This document shows positions 63,620 to 64,000 of a stretch of 64,000 nt of DNA, one piece after another. The stretch is from Octopus sinensis (taxonomy: Eukaryota). Both the position numbers and the translations under genes were made by a program. The stretch lies in contig NC_043003.1 in assembly GCF_006345805.1 (NCBI RefSeq), positions 68,696,001 through 68,760,000 of the forward strand, given 5' to 3'. The notes beneath the pieces were generated by a model. That model worked only from the letters and a program-made list of their open reading frames with translations. It did not search any database and was not told where the DNA came from. How positions within the stretch are numbered: position 1 is the first letter of the stretch; every line of letters starts with the position of its first letter.

Positions 63620-63850
63620 TGGTGTAATGGTTAAGAGGTCGAGTTACTAACCCCGAGAATCCGAGTTCGATTCCAGGCTTGAATAATAATAAAAATAATA
63701 ACATCGAAAAATACCTAAGGAATGAGAACCCAGGTTCAAAACTTTCCCAAGAGACCTGATGAAGGCTAGAGAGTATATCAGCCGAAACGTTGTGTTAACA
63801 ACAAAGAAGATGGTGGAAACTATTTGTCAAATGTAAATAATGTAAATAAT
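63620..63850 (+). mobile_element. HHR-SINE (family C): tRNA-like head, (AAT)n, hammerhead (63751-63796), AATGTAAAT tail
   Basis: TGGTGTAATGG A-box; GAGTTCGATTCC B-box; GAGAC CTGATGA A GGCT...AGCC GAA ACGT T GTGTT. Confidence 0.85.
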
Positions 63851-64000
63851 ATAAATAAGTAAGAAATGATATTTAAGCAAAAATACGTGAAAATGAATAT
63901 ATTAATTAGCAGCTTGTGAGTGGATTTGGTAGACGGAAACTGAAAGAAGCCCATCGTATATATATATATATCTGAAGCTTCTCACTTTCAACACTCATGA

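Noticed and set aside
63620-63680. Functional tRNA gene (likewise 41249-41325)
   Set aside because: A/B boxes are present but the acceptor and anticodon stems do not close, and they run into SINE bodies

Overview
AT-rich eukaryotic DNA, almost entirely repeats. The SINE families, (TA)n/(TAGA)n/(TAA)n microsatellites and LINE types suggest an octopus/cephalopod intergenic or intronic region (inference). I found no convincing host protein-coding exon, and most ORFs in the track are microsatellite translations. Recognisable elements are: scrambled R4/Dong-like RLE LINE fragments (2.2-6 kb), CR1-group and RTE LINE remnants, GIY-YIG endonuclease remnants of Penelope-like elements (PLEs), three or four tRNA-derived SINE families, two mariner relics, one IR/DR Tc1 element, several MITEs, and a 29-copy 91-bp minisatellite built from a SINE head. 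The main result is a dense set of about 20 type I hammerhead-ribozyme (HHR) motifs from about 10 distinct repeat families, read by eye and untested. They mostly lie in tandem or inverted units embedded in (TA)n. They include (i) a tRNA-headed SINE carrying a minimal hammerhead, (ii) two retrozyme-like tandem arrays of about 480-490 nt, one with a 68-nt branched helix II, and (iii) natural core variants: A3-U8 and G3-C8 swaps of the C3-G8 pair, and an A6U family. Boundaries of degraded repeats are approximate.
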